This document shows positions 1 through 8,386 of a stretch of DNA of 62,159 nt, piece after piece (positions within the stretch are counted from its first letter, which is position 1; every line of letters begins with the position of its first letter). The DNA is taken from assembly GCA_038106575.1 (NCBI GenBank), contig JAYOED010000006.1, positions 1 through 62,159 on the forward strand, read 5' to 3'. The notes beneath the pieces were generated by a model. The model worked only from the letters and a program-made list of their open reading frames with translations, was not told the origin of the DNA and made no database searches. This stretch comes from Burkholderiales bacterium. Its GTDB lineage: Bacteria > Pseudomonadota > Gammaproteobacteria > Burkholderiales > SG8-41. The position numbers were made by a program, and so were the translations under genes.

Positions 1-1
1 A

Positions 2-508
2 CTTTGGATCGAGCGTGAGGATTTCACCGAAACGCCGCCTAAGGGATACTTCAGGCTGTTTCCCGGAAACAAGGTGCGGCTGCGCTACGGTTATGTCGTC
101 GAATGCACAGGTTACGACAAGGATGCCGCTGGCAACGTCACAGCAGTGTATTGCAATTACCTAGCCGAAACCAAGTCCGGTACCCCCGGCGCCGACTCGG
201 TCAAGGTCAAGGGCAACATCCACTGGCTCAGCGCACGCCATTCCTGCGCAGCCGAAGTCAGACTCTATGACCGGCTGTTCAAGGTGCCGCACCCCGGTTC
301 AGGTGGCCGTGATTTCCTGCTCGACATCAATACTGAAGCGCAACGCACGATTACCGCGCAACTGGAACCGAAGCTGCGCGATACGGCTCCCGAAACCCGA
401 TACCAATTCGAGCGCCACGGCTATTTCATCGCCGACCGCGTAGACACCAAACCGGGAAAACCCGTATTCAATCGCACTGTCACCCTGCGCGATTCCTGGG
501 TGAAGTGA
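2..508 (+). CDS. glnS: glutaminyl-tRNA synthetase, C-terminal part (5' end lies outside the window)
   Basis: Frame 2 is open from the window edge (LWIEREDFTETPPKGYFRLFPGNKVRLRYGYVVEC ... RYQFERHGYFIADRVD). This matches the GlnRS anticodon-binding C-terminus. The ORF-track entry 74..508 starts at an internal GTG. Confidence 0.85.
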   Translation, partial: LWIEREDFTETPPKGYFRLFPGNKVRLRYGYVVECTGYDKDAAGNVTAVYCNYLAETKSGTPGADSVKVKGNIHWLSARHSCAAEVRLYDRLFKVPHPGSGGRDFLLDINTEAQRTITAQLEPKLRDTAPETRYQFERHGYFIADRVDTKPGKPVFNRTVTLRDSWVK

Positions 509-535
509 TTTTTAAATCAACAGGGATAATCAATC

Positions 536-1291
536 ATGAGCACAGCCAAAACTGCAATCATAACCGGGGCCGGCAGCGGCATCGGCAAGGCCACCGCTCT
601 CGCTTTCCTCGAGGACGGCTGGAACGTTGTGCTAACCGGTCGGCGCCAGGCCAATCTCGACGAGGCGCTGGCTGAGGCCGACTCCAATCAATCCCGCTGT
701 GCGGCCATTACCTCGGACGTCAGTGATCCGCAATCCGTAGCCGCGTTGTTCGAGCAGACCGTCAAAAAATTCGGACGCCTAGATGTGCTGTTCAACAATG
801 CCGGACAGAACGCCCCCGGCGTACCGTTTGAGGATCTACCCTGGGAAAAATGGAAAGCCGTGGTTGATACCAATCTAAGCGGGTCCTTCCTCTGTGCACA
901 GGCGGCCTTCCGGGTGATGAAGGCACAGAACCCACAGGGGGGTCGCATCATCAACAACGGCTCGATTTCGGCACACGCACCGCGCCCGGATTCGGCTCCC
1001 TATACCGCTTCCAAGCACGGCGTCAGCGGCCTCACCCGTACGATGTCGCTCGACGGACGCAAGTACGACATTGCCGTCTGCCAGGTCGATGTCGGGAACG
1101 CGATGACCGAACTCGCCGCGCGCATGTCGAAGGGCGTCAAGCAGGCCGACGGCACGATCAAGGTAGAACCAATGATCGACGTCAAGGATGTGGCGCGATC
1201 AGTGCTGTTCATGGCCAACCAGCCGCCCGGCGTCAACATCTATCACCTGATGGTCATGGCCAACAACATGCCCTACGCCGGACGCGGTTGA
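536..1291 (+). CDS. SDR-family short-chain dehydrogenase/reductase
   Basis: 251-aa ORF with the Rossmann motif [10 protein letters not shown] and the catalytic Y-x3-K motif (YTASK). Confidence 0.85.
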   Translation: MSTAKTAIITGAGSGIGKATALAFLEDGWNVVLTGRRQANLDEALAEADSNQSRCAAITSDVSDPQSVAALFEQTVKKFGRLDVLFNNAGQNAPGVPFEDLPWEKWKAVVDTNLSGSFLCAQAAFRVMKAQNPQGGRIINNGSISAHAPRPDSAPYTASKHGVSGLTRTMSLDGRKYDIAVCQVDVGNAMTELAARMSKGVKQADGTIKVEPMIDVKDVARSVLFMANQPPGVNIYHLMVMANNMPYAGRG

Positions 1292-1310
1292 TTTCATCTG
1301 CAGACGACGA

Positions 1311-1345
1311 AAAAAACAAAGGCGCCCGCGGGCGCCTTTGTTTTT
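1311..1345. terminator. bidirectional rho-independent terminator between convergent genes
   Basis: Perfect hairpin aaaaaacaaaGGCGCC-cgcg-GGCGCCtttgttttt. An A-run and a T-run flank the GC stem. It lies between the SDR gene stop and the ettA stop. Confidence 0.65.
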
Positions 1346-1361
1346 CAGGTCTTCTAGTCGT

Positions 1362-3026
1362 CTAGATTTTGAGCGGCTTGTAACGTAGCCGCTTCGGTTT
1401 TGCACCCTCTTCCCCGAGACGTTTGCGCTTGTCGGCCTCATATTCCTGGTAGTTGCCGGCAAAGAAAGTCCACTGTGAATCGCCCTCGGCCGCAAGGATA
1501 TGCGTCGCAATGCGATCGAGAAACCAGCGGTCATGCGAAATCACCAGTATGCAGCCGGCGAATTCAAGCAGCGCATCTTCAAGCGCACGCAGCGTCTCGA
1601 CGTCCAGATCGTTTGACGGCTCGTCGAGCAACAGCACGTTGGCGCCGGTCAGCAGCGTGTGCGCGAGATGCAGTCGGCCGCGCTCGCCACCCGACAATGT
1701 GCCGACCTTCTTCTGCTGGTCCTGGCCCTTGAAGTTGAAACGACCGAGGTAAGCGCGCGACGGCATCTCGAACTTGCCGACATTGATGATATCGAGCCCG
1801 CCGGAGATCGCTTCCCAGGCGGTCTTGTCGTTGGGCAGTGCCTCGCGCGACTGGTCTACCATAGCCAGTTTCACGGTGGAGCCGATCACGATATTTCCGG
1901 AATCCGGCTTCTCCTTACCGCTGATCATTCGGAACAGACTCGACTTGCCGGCGCCGTTGGGACCAATGATGCCTACGATCGCGCCCGGCGGAATCGCGAA
2001 AGACAGCTTGTCGATCAGCAGCCGGTCACCGTAGCCCTTCGATACGTTCTTAAATTCGATCACGCTGTCGCCGAGACGGTCAGCGACCGGAATGAAGATT
2101 TCCTGGGTCTCGGTGCGTTTCTGGTATTCATGCGAGGACAGTTCCTCGAAACGTGCAATCCGCGCCTTCGATTTTGCCTGCCGCCCCTTCGCGTTCTGGC
2201 GCACCCATTCGAGTTCCTTCTTCAGCGCCTTCTGCCGTGCCGACTCAGCAGCCTCTTCCTGCTTCAGCCGCTCTTCCTTCTGTTCCAGCCACGAACTGTA
2301 GTTACCTTTCCACGGTATACCGTGGCCGCGGTCAAGCTCCAGAATCCACTCGGCTACGTTGTCGAGAAAGTAGCGATCATGGGTCACCGCCACCACGGTA
2401 CCGGGAAAACGGTGCAGGAACTGCTCCAGCCAGTCGACGCTTTCTGCATCGAGATGGTTGGTCGGCTCGTCGAGCAGCAACATGTCGGGCTTGGACAGCA
2501 GCAGCCGGCACAAAGCGACGCGACGCTTCTCGCCCCCGGAAAGCTTGTCAATTTTTGCATCCCACGGTGGCAAACGCAGTGCGTCGGCGGCAATCTCCAA
2601 CTGATGCTCGGTGTCGGTACCGGCATTGGAAACCAGCGCCTCGTATTTGGCCTGCTCAGCAGCCAGCTTGTCAAAATCGGCGTCGGGTTCGGCATAGGCA
2701 GCGTAGATCTCCTCAAGCTTCGCCTTGGCCTGGAAAACCTCACCCAGACCTTCCTCGACGGCCTCTCGCACGGTCTGCTGGGGATCGAGCTGCGGCTCCT
2801 GCGGCAGGAAACCGATATTCAGGTTCGGCATCGGCGTCGCCTCGCCGTCGATCTCGGTATCGACGCCGGCCATAATTTTAAGCAGGCTCGACTTTCCGGA
2901 ACCATTGAGTCCGAGTACACCGATCTTGGCGCCGGGGAAAAACGACAGCGAAATGTCCTTGAGGATGGCGCGCTTGGGCGGCACGACCTTGCTCACCCGG
3001 TTCATCGTATAAACGTATTGAGCCAT
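1362..3026 (-). CDS. ettA: ABC-F ATPase, energy-dependent translational throttle protein EttA
   Basis: Two Walker A motifs (GLNGSGKSS, GPNGAGKSS) and two signature motifs (LSGGEKRR, LSGGERGR). The N-terminus MAQYVYTMNRVSKVVPPKR is typical of EttA. Start moved from 3077 to the ATG at 3026, giving 554 aa. Confidence 0.9.
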   Translation of the reverse strand: MAQYVYTMNRVSKVVPPKRAILKDISLSFFPGAKIGVLGLNGSGKSSLLKIMAGVDTEIDGEATPMPNLNIGFLPQEPQLDPQQTVREAVEEGLGEVFQAKAKLEEIYAAYAEPDADFDKLAAEQAKYEALVSNAGTDTEHQLEIAADALRLPPWDAKIDKLSGGEKRRVALCRLLLSKPDMLLLDEPTNHLDAESVDWLEQFLHRFPGTVVAVTHDRYFLDNVAEWILELDRGHGIPWKGNYSSWLEQKEERLKQEEAAESARQKALKKELEWVRQNAKGRQAKSKARIARFEELSSHEYQKRTETQEIFIPVADRLGDSVIEFKNVSKGYGDRLLIDKLSFAIPPGAIVGIIGPNGAGKSSLFRMISGKEKPDSGNIVIGSTVKLAMVDQSREALPNDKTAWEAISGGLDIINVGKFEMPSRAYLGRFNFKGQDQQKKVGTLSGGERGRLHLAHTLLTGANVLLLDEPSNDLDVETLRALEDALLEFAGCILVISHDRWFLDRIATHILAAEGDSQWTFFAGNYQEYEADKRKRLGEEGAKPKRLRYKPLKI

Positions 3027-3158
3027 GTTGCGAATTTCGGTTGCTGTTGATAAAAGGAAAAGCGAAGGATAGCCCAAAAGGTCGCTCCTGACGCCAGAAT
3101 CCGAGCTTTGCGGCGATAATCAGGAGCAATACATATTATTTTCGGCAGGAGTTTTTGC

Positions 3159-3908
3159 ATGTCCATCGTCGCCCCCTGGCTGCACCTGGGCTATGTCATT
3201 CCGCATCTCTATACCGACATGGACGCCTACCAGTTCTATCGCGTCGCGCCTGACGGCATGATGCTGGTGACCACTGGACTGAATCTCAGGGAATATTCGC
3301 TCGCCGCTGTCGAATCCGAGCTGCCTGCGTTGTGGAGCGCATTTGACCGGCTGAAACACAAGAAGGTGGACCGTATCGCGTTGAGCGGCGTGCCGGTGGC
3401 CTCGGTGCTGGGCCGGAAAAAGATGTGCGAGATTCTCGACGAGGGCGCGCAGCGCACCGGCATCGCCTGCGACACCGACCTCGAGGCCCATATTGCGACG
3501 CTGCAGCATTTCGGTATCACCAGGCTGGCACTCGCCACGCGCTGGCCCGAGCACGTCAACGCCGCATTGTCGAACTACCTGAAGGAAGCCGGTATCGAAG
3601 TGGTATCGCTACGCGCGCAGGGACGCAACCTTGAGCAGAACAAACTGTCGAGCCCGCTCGCCGACCATGAGCTCGCGCTGGAACTAGGTCGTGCCGCACT
3701 CGCCGCAGCGCCCGAAGCGCAGGCCCTGCTGTTGCCGGGCGGACTGTGGTTTGCCATCCATGCCGTACCGACACTTGAAGCCGAATTCGGCAAACCCGTC
3801 CTGCTCAACATCCTGTCAACGACCTGGGCAGCGCTCAATGCCGCACCGAAGCCGCTGCAGCACAAGCCCGATCCGTGTTGGGGCAAGGTGCTGGGATGTC
3901 TTGCATGA
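3159..3908 (+). CDS. Asp/Glu/hydantoin-racemase-superfamily protein (maleate isomerase / arylmalonate decarboxylase-like)
   Basis: 249 aa. The architecture resembles maleate isomerase and AMDase (RLALATRW...YLKEAGIEVV...LGKPVLLNILSTTWAAL). AGGAG RBS upstream. The stop TGA overlaps the next gene's ATG (ATGA at 3905-3908). Confidence 0.65.
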   Translation: MSIVAPWLHLGYVIPHLYTDMDAYQFYRVAPDGMMLVTTGLNLREYSLAAVESELPALWSAFDRLKHKKVDRIALSGVPVASVLGRKKMCEILDEGAQRTGIACDTDLEAHIATLQHFGITRLALATRWPEHVNAALSNYLKEAGIEVVSLRAQGRNLEQNKLSSPLADHELALELGRAALAAAPEAQALLLPGGLWFAIHAVPTLEAEFGKPVLLNILSTTWAALNAAPKPLQHKPDPCWGKVLGCLA

Positions 3909-4945
3909 GCCTGCCGGGTTTCGCCAGCAATGTCATTGAGGTCGATGATGCCACCGCGGCGAATGAACTCTATCAGCGAAACGGCTGGACCGACGGCCTG
4001 CCTATTGTGCCGCCGACCGAAGAAGCGGTCGCACGTTTTCTTGAGGCGTCGCACTGCGCCCCAGATGATGTCATCGGCATCGAGCCGGTTCGCCGGCGCA
4101 CATTGACCGCAGAAAAAATCGCCATTGCCGCAGTGATGGCCGGCTGCCTGCCTGAATACCTGCCGGTGGTGCTGGCCGCGGTACGGGCGATGTGCCAGCC
4201 CGAATACGCACTGCATGGCAGCACGGCAAGCACCGGCGGCAGCGCACCCTTCCTCGTCGTCAACGGCCCGATCCGCAACGTACTCGGCATGAACGCGACG
4301 CATAATGTTCTCGCTAACGCCTGCCGCGCCAATGCCACCATCGGCCGCAGTATCCGCCTGATCCTGCTCAACGTGCTCGGTGGCATACCGGGCCAGCTCG
4401 ACCGCTCGACGCTGGGGCATCCGGGCAAGTTCACCTTCTGCATCGCGGAAGACGAGGAAGATTCACCGTGGCTGCCGCTGTCGGTGGAACGCGGAATTCC
4501 CGCCGGCACCTCGGCGGTGACCGCATTGCAGGTCGAGTCGCCGCACCAGATCATGAATGAGTGGACGCACGACCCGCGGGAAATCCTCGATACCTACGTT
4601 GCGGCGATGCGCAGCAACCTGCTGACCTATTCGATCTGGGAAGGCAACTACGCCTTTGTCATCCCCAAGCAGCACCGCGAGATTTTCGCTGCCGCCGGCT
4701 GGAGCAAGCAGAACATCCGCGACTACACCTTTGAGAAAGCCTGCGTGAAGCGCGGCGAGTGGCGCAGCGTCGGCAAGGCCGCGGTCGCCGGCCGCAAGGA
4801 CGAAGACCGGCTTTACCGCGCGCTGCGCGCGCCGGACGACCTGCTGGTGATCGCCGCCGGCGGACCAGCCGGCGGTTTCGGCGCCATCCTGCCGCCGTGG
4901 TACGGTAAGAAATCGCTCGCCGTGACGACGCCCATACAACCCTGA
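3905..4945 (+). CDS. uncharacterised DGLPxxPPT-motif protein, stand-alone partner of the UGSC selenoprotein
   Basis: 346-aa ORF, with the start set at ATG 3905 (ATGA overlap with the upstream stop). It is homologous by eye to the C-terminal ~350 aa of the proteins at 8386..10116 and 18403..20103 (GWTDGLPIVPPT, MAGCLPEYLPVVLAAV, VVNGPI). Confidence 0.7.
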   Translation: MSLPGFASNVIEVDDATAANELYQRNGWTDGLPIVPPTEEAVARFLEASHCAPDDVIGIEPVRRRTLTAEKIAIAAVMAGCLPEYLPVVLAAVRAMCQPEYALHGSTASTGGSAPFLVVNGPIRNVLGMNATHNVLANACRANATIGRSIRLILLNVLGGIPGQLDRSTLGHPGKFTFCIAEDEEDSPWLPLSVERGIPAGTSAVTALQVESPHQIMNEWTHDPREILDTYVAAMRSNLLTYSIWEGNYAFVIPKQHREIFAAAGWSKQNIRDYTFEKACVKRGEWRSVGKAAVAGRKDEDRLYRALRAPDDLLVIAAGGPAGGFGAILPPWYGKKSLAVTTPIQP

Positions 4946-4967
4946 ACATTTCTGCAAGGAGAGTCCC

Positions 4968-5498
4968 ATGACCCTGCGCGTCCTCGACCCCCGGCAATCG
5001 GCCCACGGCGAAGCCCTGCGCCTCGCGCCGCCACTAGCCTCCCTCGACGGTGCCGTCATCGGCATGATCGACAACGCCAAGATCGGCACCGAGCGCCTGT
5101 TCGACTTCGTTGAAGAAATTCTCAAGAAGGAACACGGCGTGCGCGAATGCATCCGCCGCCGCAAGCCCGACGCATCACGACCGGTGCCGGAGGCCATGTT
5201 GCTGGAAATGCGCGGCGCCGATGCCGTGCTGGCGGCAATCGGCGACTGAGGCAGCTGCTCGTCGTGCAGTCTGCACGACGCAATCGCAGCAGAACGGCTC
5301 GGCATCCCGGCGGTGGCCATCATCACCGACCGCTTTGCGCGCACCGCTCAGTCGGTAAGCCAGGTCAACGGACTGAAGGACTATCCCTTTGCGGTGATTT
5401 CGCACCCGGTGGCCAACAACAACGATGAAGTGCTACGCGAGAAAGCGCGCATCGCGCTCGCCGACATCCTACCGATGCTGATGCAGCGATCCGCGTAA
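4968..5498 (+). CDS. UGSC-motif selenoprotein (in-frame UGA at 5247-5249 read as selenocysteine), 176 aa
   Basis: ORFs 4968..5249 and 5313..5498 share one frame and are separated only by a TGA. Reading through gives ...ADAVLAAIGD-U-GSCSSCSLHDAIAAERLGIPAVAIITD..., conserved in two paralogs that carry TGA at the same column. AGGAGAG RBS before ATG 4968. Hairpin at 5260-5280. Confidence 0.8.
5260..5280 (+). promoter_or_regulatory. putative bacterial SECIS hairpin
   Basis: The 8-bp perfect stem CGUCGUGC/GCACGACG with loop AGUCU starts 11 nt after UGA 5247-5249. Confidence 0.6.
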
Positions 5499-5508
5499 CA
5501 AAAACCCG

Positions 5509-6708
5509 TCAGTCCCGCGTCGCCACCACCTTGTCGGCGATCAGCCGGTCGATGGCCGGCCTGTCGAGTCCGATGGATTCGAGCACACCACGGGTATGTT
5601 CCCCCACCTGTGGGATATCGATGCGGGTTCCGAAGCGCTGCCCGTCCATCTCGATCGGCAATACCGGCACCTTGGTCTTGACGCCGTTGTTCAGCGTCAC
5701 CGGTGTCATGCCTTTCGAAGCATTCAGGTGCTTGTCCTCGAACAGGTCTTCAGGTTTGGCGATGGGTGCGAACGGGAGGCCAAGTTTTTCGCAACGGTCC
5801 ATCAGCTCCTGCTTGCCCATCTTCGCGAAGATTTCGCTGACGATGGGCAGGATGCGCGGCCGCTGCTCGACGCGCTGTGGATTGGTTTTCATGTCCTGAT
5901 CGTTGAACAGCTCCATCAGCCCGAACGATTCGCAGAATACCTTCCACTGCGTGTCTGTCACCACGCCGACGAACACCAGATCACCGTCCTTCGTCTTAAA
6001 GTTGTCGTAGAGTGCCCACGCGCGCACGCGGTCGGGCATGGGCTTTACCGGCTTGCCGGTGGCGAAGCCTTCGAGCATGTGCTGCGCGACCAGGAATGCA
6101 TTGTTCTCGAACAGCGCGCTCTGCACGTACTGACCCTTGCCGGTGGCATGACGTTGATTCAGTGCAGCGAGTATCGCCACCGCGCCGAACACGCCGCCCA
6201 TCACGTCGTTGACCGAGGCACCAGCGCGCAATGGCCCGAAACGCCCGCCGGTCATGTAGGCGAGCCCGCCCATCATCTGCACCACTTCATCGAGTCCGGT
6301 GCGATGATCGTACGGCCCGGGCAAAAATCCTTTCAGCGAGCAAAAGACCAGCTCGGGCTTCAGCTTGCTCAATGCTTCATAGCCGAAGCCGAGCTTGTCC
6401 ATGGCACCGGGACGGAAGTTTTCAGTGACCACGTCGGCGCTGGCAATCAGCTTCAGCACCAGTTCGCGGCCTTTCTCCGACTTGAGATCGACAGCTAAGC
6501 TTTTCTTGTTGCGGTTGTAGGTCGGGAAAAACCCCGCGCCCGAAGCCGTCAGCTTGCGGGTGTGGTCGCCGTCAAGCGGCTCGACCTTGATCACCTCGGC
6601 ACCGAGATCGGCAAGCACCAGGCCGCAGGTCGGGCCCATCACCACGTGGCAGAACTCGATGACGCGGATGCCCGCGAGCGGTAGTGGCTGAGTCATGTCT
6701 GAATCCAT
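5509..6708 (-). CDS. family III CoA-transferase (CaiB/BaiF type)
   Basis: 399-aa ORF with the N-terminal pattern PLAGIRVIEFCHVVMGPTCGLVLADLGAEVIKVEP. The start could instead be the ATG at 6696. It is co-directional with the rhodanese gene upstream, with an 88-nt gap. Confidence 0.85.
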   Translation of the reverse strand: MDSDMTQPLPLAGIRVIEFCHVVMGPTCGLVLADLGAEVIKVEPLDGDHTRKLTASGAGFFPTYNRNKKSLAVDLKSEKGRELVLKLIASADVVTENFRPGAMDKLGFGYEALSKLKPELVFCSLKGFLPGPYDHRTGLDEVVQMMGGLAYMTGGRFGPLRAGASVNDVMGGVFGAVAILAALNQRHATGKGQYVQSALFENNAFLVAQHMLEGFATGKPVKPMPDRVRAWALYDNFKTKDGDLVFVGVVTDTQWKVFCESFGLMELFNDQDMKTNPQRVEQRPRILPIVSEIFAKMGKQELMDRCEKLGLPFAPIAKPEDLFEDKHLNASKGMTPVTLNNGVKTKVPVLPIEMDGQRFGTRIDIPQVGEHTRGVLESIGLDRPAIDRLIADKVVATRD

Positions 6709-6796
6709 TCAATATGGCTGTGTTGCCGGATGAAATTACTTTGCAGGCAATTCCCCGCGGGAAGGCCGACTATATCGCGAACCGGAAAACATGCTA

Positions 6797-8386
6797 CTAG
6801 GGGTAGCGGCGAAAGCCAAAATCGGAATCGCTGGCCACTGCATCAAGCAGCTCCACTTCCCATCTCAGGTATTCACGCATTGCCTGTTCAACGTTGTCCT
6901 TGCGGTCGAGCGCGCGATAGCTCAGGTCATCGGCAGCGCCGGTCATACGCGCGTCCCCAGTTTCCAGTCCGTAACCCGCCAATTGCCACGCAGCAGTGCC
7001 GCCAGTAAGCGCCTTGACTGGGGTTGCAGTCAGGGTCGCCGCGTCGGCCGCAGCCAGACGCGCCAGCATTTCTTCGGCTGCCGTGAACACCAGCAGCGCC
7101 GCCTGGGGAATTTTTATCAGCTGGTCCCGTATCCGGGAACGCACCACGTGCCACGCACCCGGAATATGTCCCTCGCGATACTGCAGGCTGCTACCAAGGT
7201 CGGCCACCTGCGCCTTGCCGTCTGCCAGCAGGCTCTGCAATTCCGCCGCCGCCACTGTTGCGGAGCATGGCTGTGCGCCGTCGAGCAGTGTCACCGGCAC
7301 CGGCCCGCGCTCGGTCAACGATGCCTCATCACAGGCCAGCACGTGCACTTCATCGTGACCCATCTGCGCCAGCCATGCCGCGGTCATCGTTGCACGAACG
7401 CCATCATTGTCGGTTAGTACTACCACCGACGGACGCACCGCGATGAAGGTATCGGTTGCCTGCACCAGTTGTCCGCCAGGTGCGGATAAGGCTCCCGGCA
7501 GATGGCCGGCTTCGAATTCCTCAGGGGCGCGCACGTCCAGCAGGTACAGCGTGCGCTTGCCGTCGGCCCGCAGTGCCTGCAACCGGGCAGCATCAATACG
7601 GCGGATGCCGAAGCGCTGCGCCACACGCTCTGCCGCCTGCTGTGCCCAAGCCCTGCCTTTGGTCGAAGGCGGCGGAACCGCCTCGGTGCGGCCGTGGTTC
7701 AGCTGCAGGCCAGCCAGCTTCCAGCCCTGGGTGCCGTCCTTCAGTGCATAGACCGGGTTCGGAAAACCAGCATTGATCAGCACCTGAGCGCCGATGATGC
7801 TGCGCGTGCGTCCGCCGCAGTTGACCACAACCGTCGTCTGCGCGGAACGCACGAAATCGGTCATGCGGTACGGTAGCTCCGCGCTCGGACAATCCCAGGC
7901 ACCGGGTATGCTGTTGCGACGGAATTCCGCCATTGGCCGGCTGTCGACGACCACCATGTCCCTGCTAGATTTCATCCACGCGTCGAGTTCGGTTGCCGTA
8001 ACTTCGCGCGGCGCATCTTCGTGCTGGATGTATTCGCCGAAAGCCTTGCTCGGCACGTAAACACCGGTGTAGAGCCGGAATCCCGCGGCCTTCCACGCCG
8101 ACGTTCCGCCATCGATCAACTGCACGTCGGCATAGCCGCCCGCCAGCAGTTTCACCGCAGCTAATTCCGCCAGGCCTTCGCCGCCGTCACAAACGACGAT
8201 ACGCACGTTCTTGCGCGGCAGCAGCGCCTGCACACGCAACTCGAGCACGCTCAACGGTACATTCGACACCCGCAGCAGATGACCATCTCCCGAATAGACA
8301 CCCTCCTCGCGTACGTCGAGTACGGCAATTTCTTCGCCATCGTCGAGCAGTCCCCGTAGTTGTCGAGGCGTGATCCGTCGCACCAT
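6797..8386 (-). CDS. four-domain rhodanese-like sulfurtransferase
   Basis: 529 aa from ATG 8386 (MVRRITPRQLRGLL...). Four rhodanese repeats are present. The active-site loops carry Cys in repeats 1 (VVCDGGEG) and 2 (VNCGGRTRS) but not in repeats 3 (LTDNDGVR) or 4 (FTAAEEM). The ATG overlaps the upstream TGA stop (TGATG). The 612-aa track ORF is an upstream extension. Confidence 0.8.
   Translation of the reverse strand: MVRRITPRQLRGLLDDGEEIAVLDVREEGVYSGDGHLLRVSNVPLSVLELRVQALLPRKNVRIVVCDGGEGLAELAAVKLLAGGYADVQLIDGGTSAWKAAGFRLYTGVYVPSKAFGEYIQHEDAPREVTATELDAWMKSSRDMVVVDSRPMAEFRRNSIPGAWDCPSAELPYRMTDFVRSAQTTVVVNCGGRTRSIIGAQVLINAGFPNPVYALKDGTQGWKLAGLQLNHGRTEAVPPPSTKGRAWAQQAAERVAQRFGIRRIDAARLQALRADGKRTLYLLDVRAPEEFEAGHLPGALSAPGGQLVQATDTFIAVRPSVVVLTDNDGVRATMTAAWLAQMGHDEVHVLACDEASLTERGPVPVTLLDGAQPCSATVAAAELQSLLADGKAQVADLGSSLQYREGHIPGAWHVVRSRIRDQLIKIPQAALLVFTAAEEMLARLAAADAATLTATPVKALTGGTAAWQLAGYGLETGDARMTGAADDLSYRALDRKDNVEQAMREYLRWEVELLDAVASDSDFGFRRYP

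Noticed and set aside
1659-3050. 463-aa ORF on the plus strand, antisense to ettA. Similar long antisense ORFs occur at 5596..6498, 8494..10140, 24297..25106, 27468..28520, 30380..31186, 31713..32570, 40885..41445, 44437..45207 and 61256..61996.
   Set aside because: These are typical shadow ORFs of GC-rich DNA. Their translations are Arg/Ala/Gly/His-rich and of low complexity, with no family motifs. Each is fully covered by a well-supported gene on the opposite strand.
5247-5249. Alternative reading in which the TGAs at 5247, 9823 and 19792 are genuine stops followed by re-initiation at downstream GTG codons.
   Set aside because: The segments between each TGA and the next possible start are stop-free and conserved at protein level among the three paralogs (GSC....GIP). 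The TGA column is identical in all three, no RBS precedes the downstream GTGs, and each TGA has a nearby hairpin. This reading still needs experimental or comparative confirmation.
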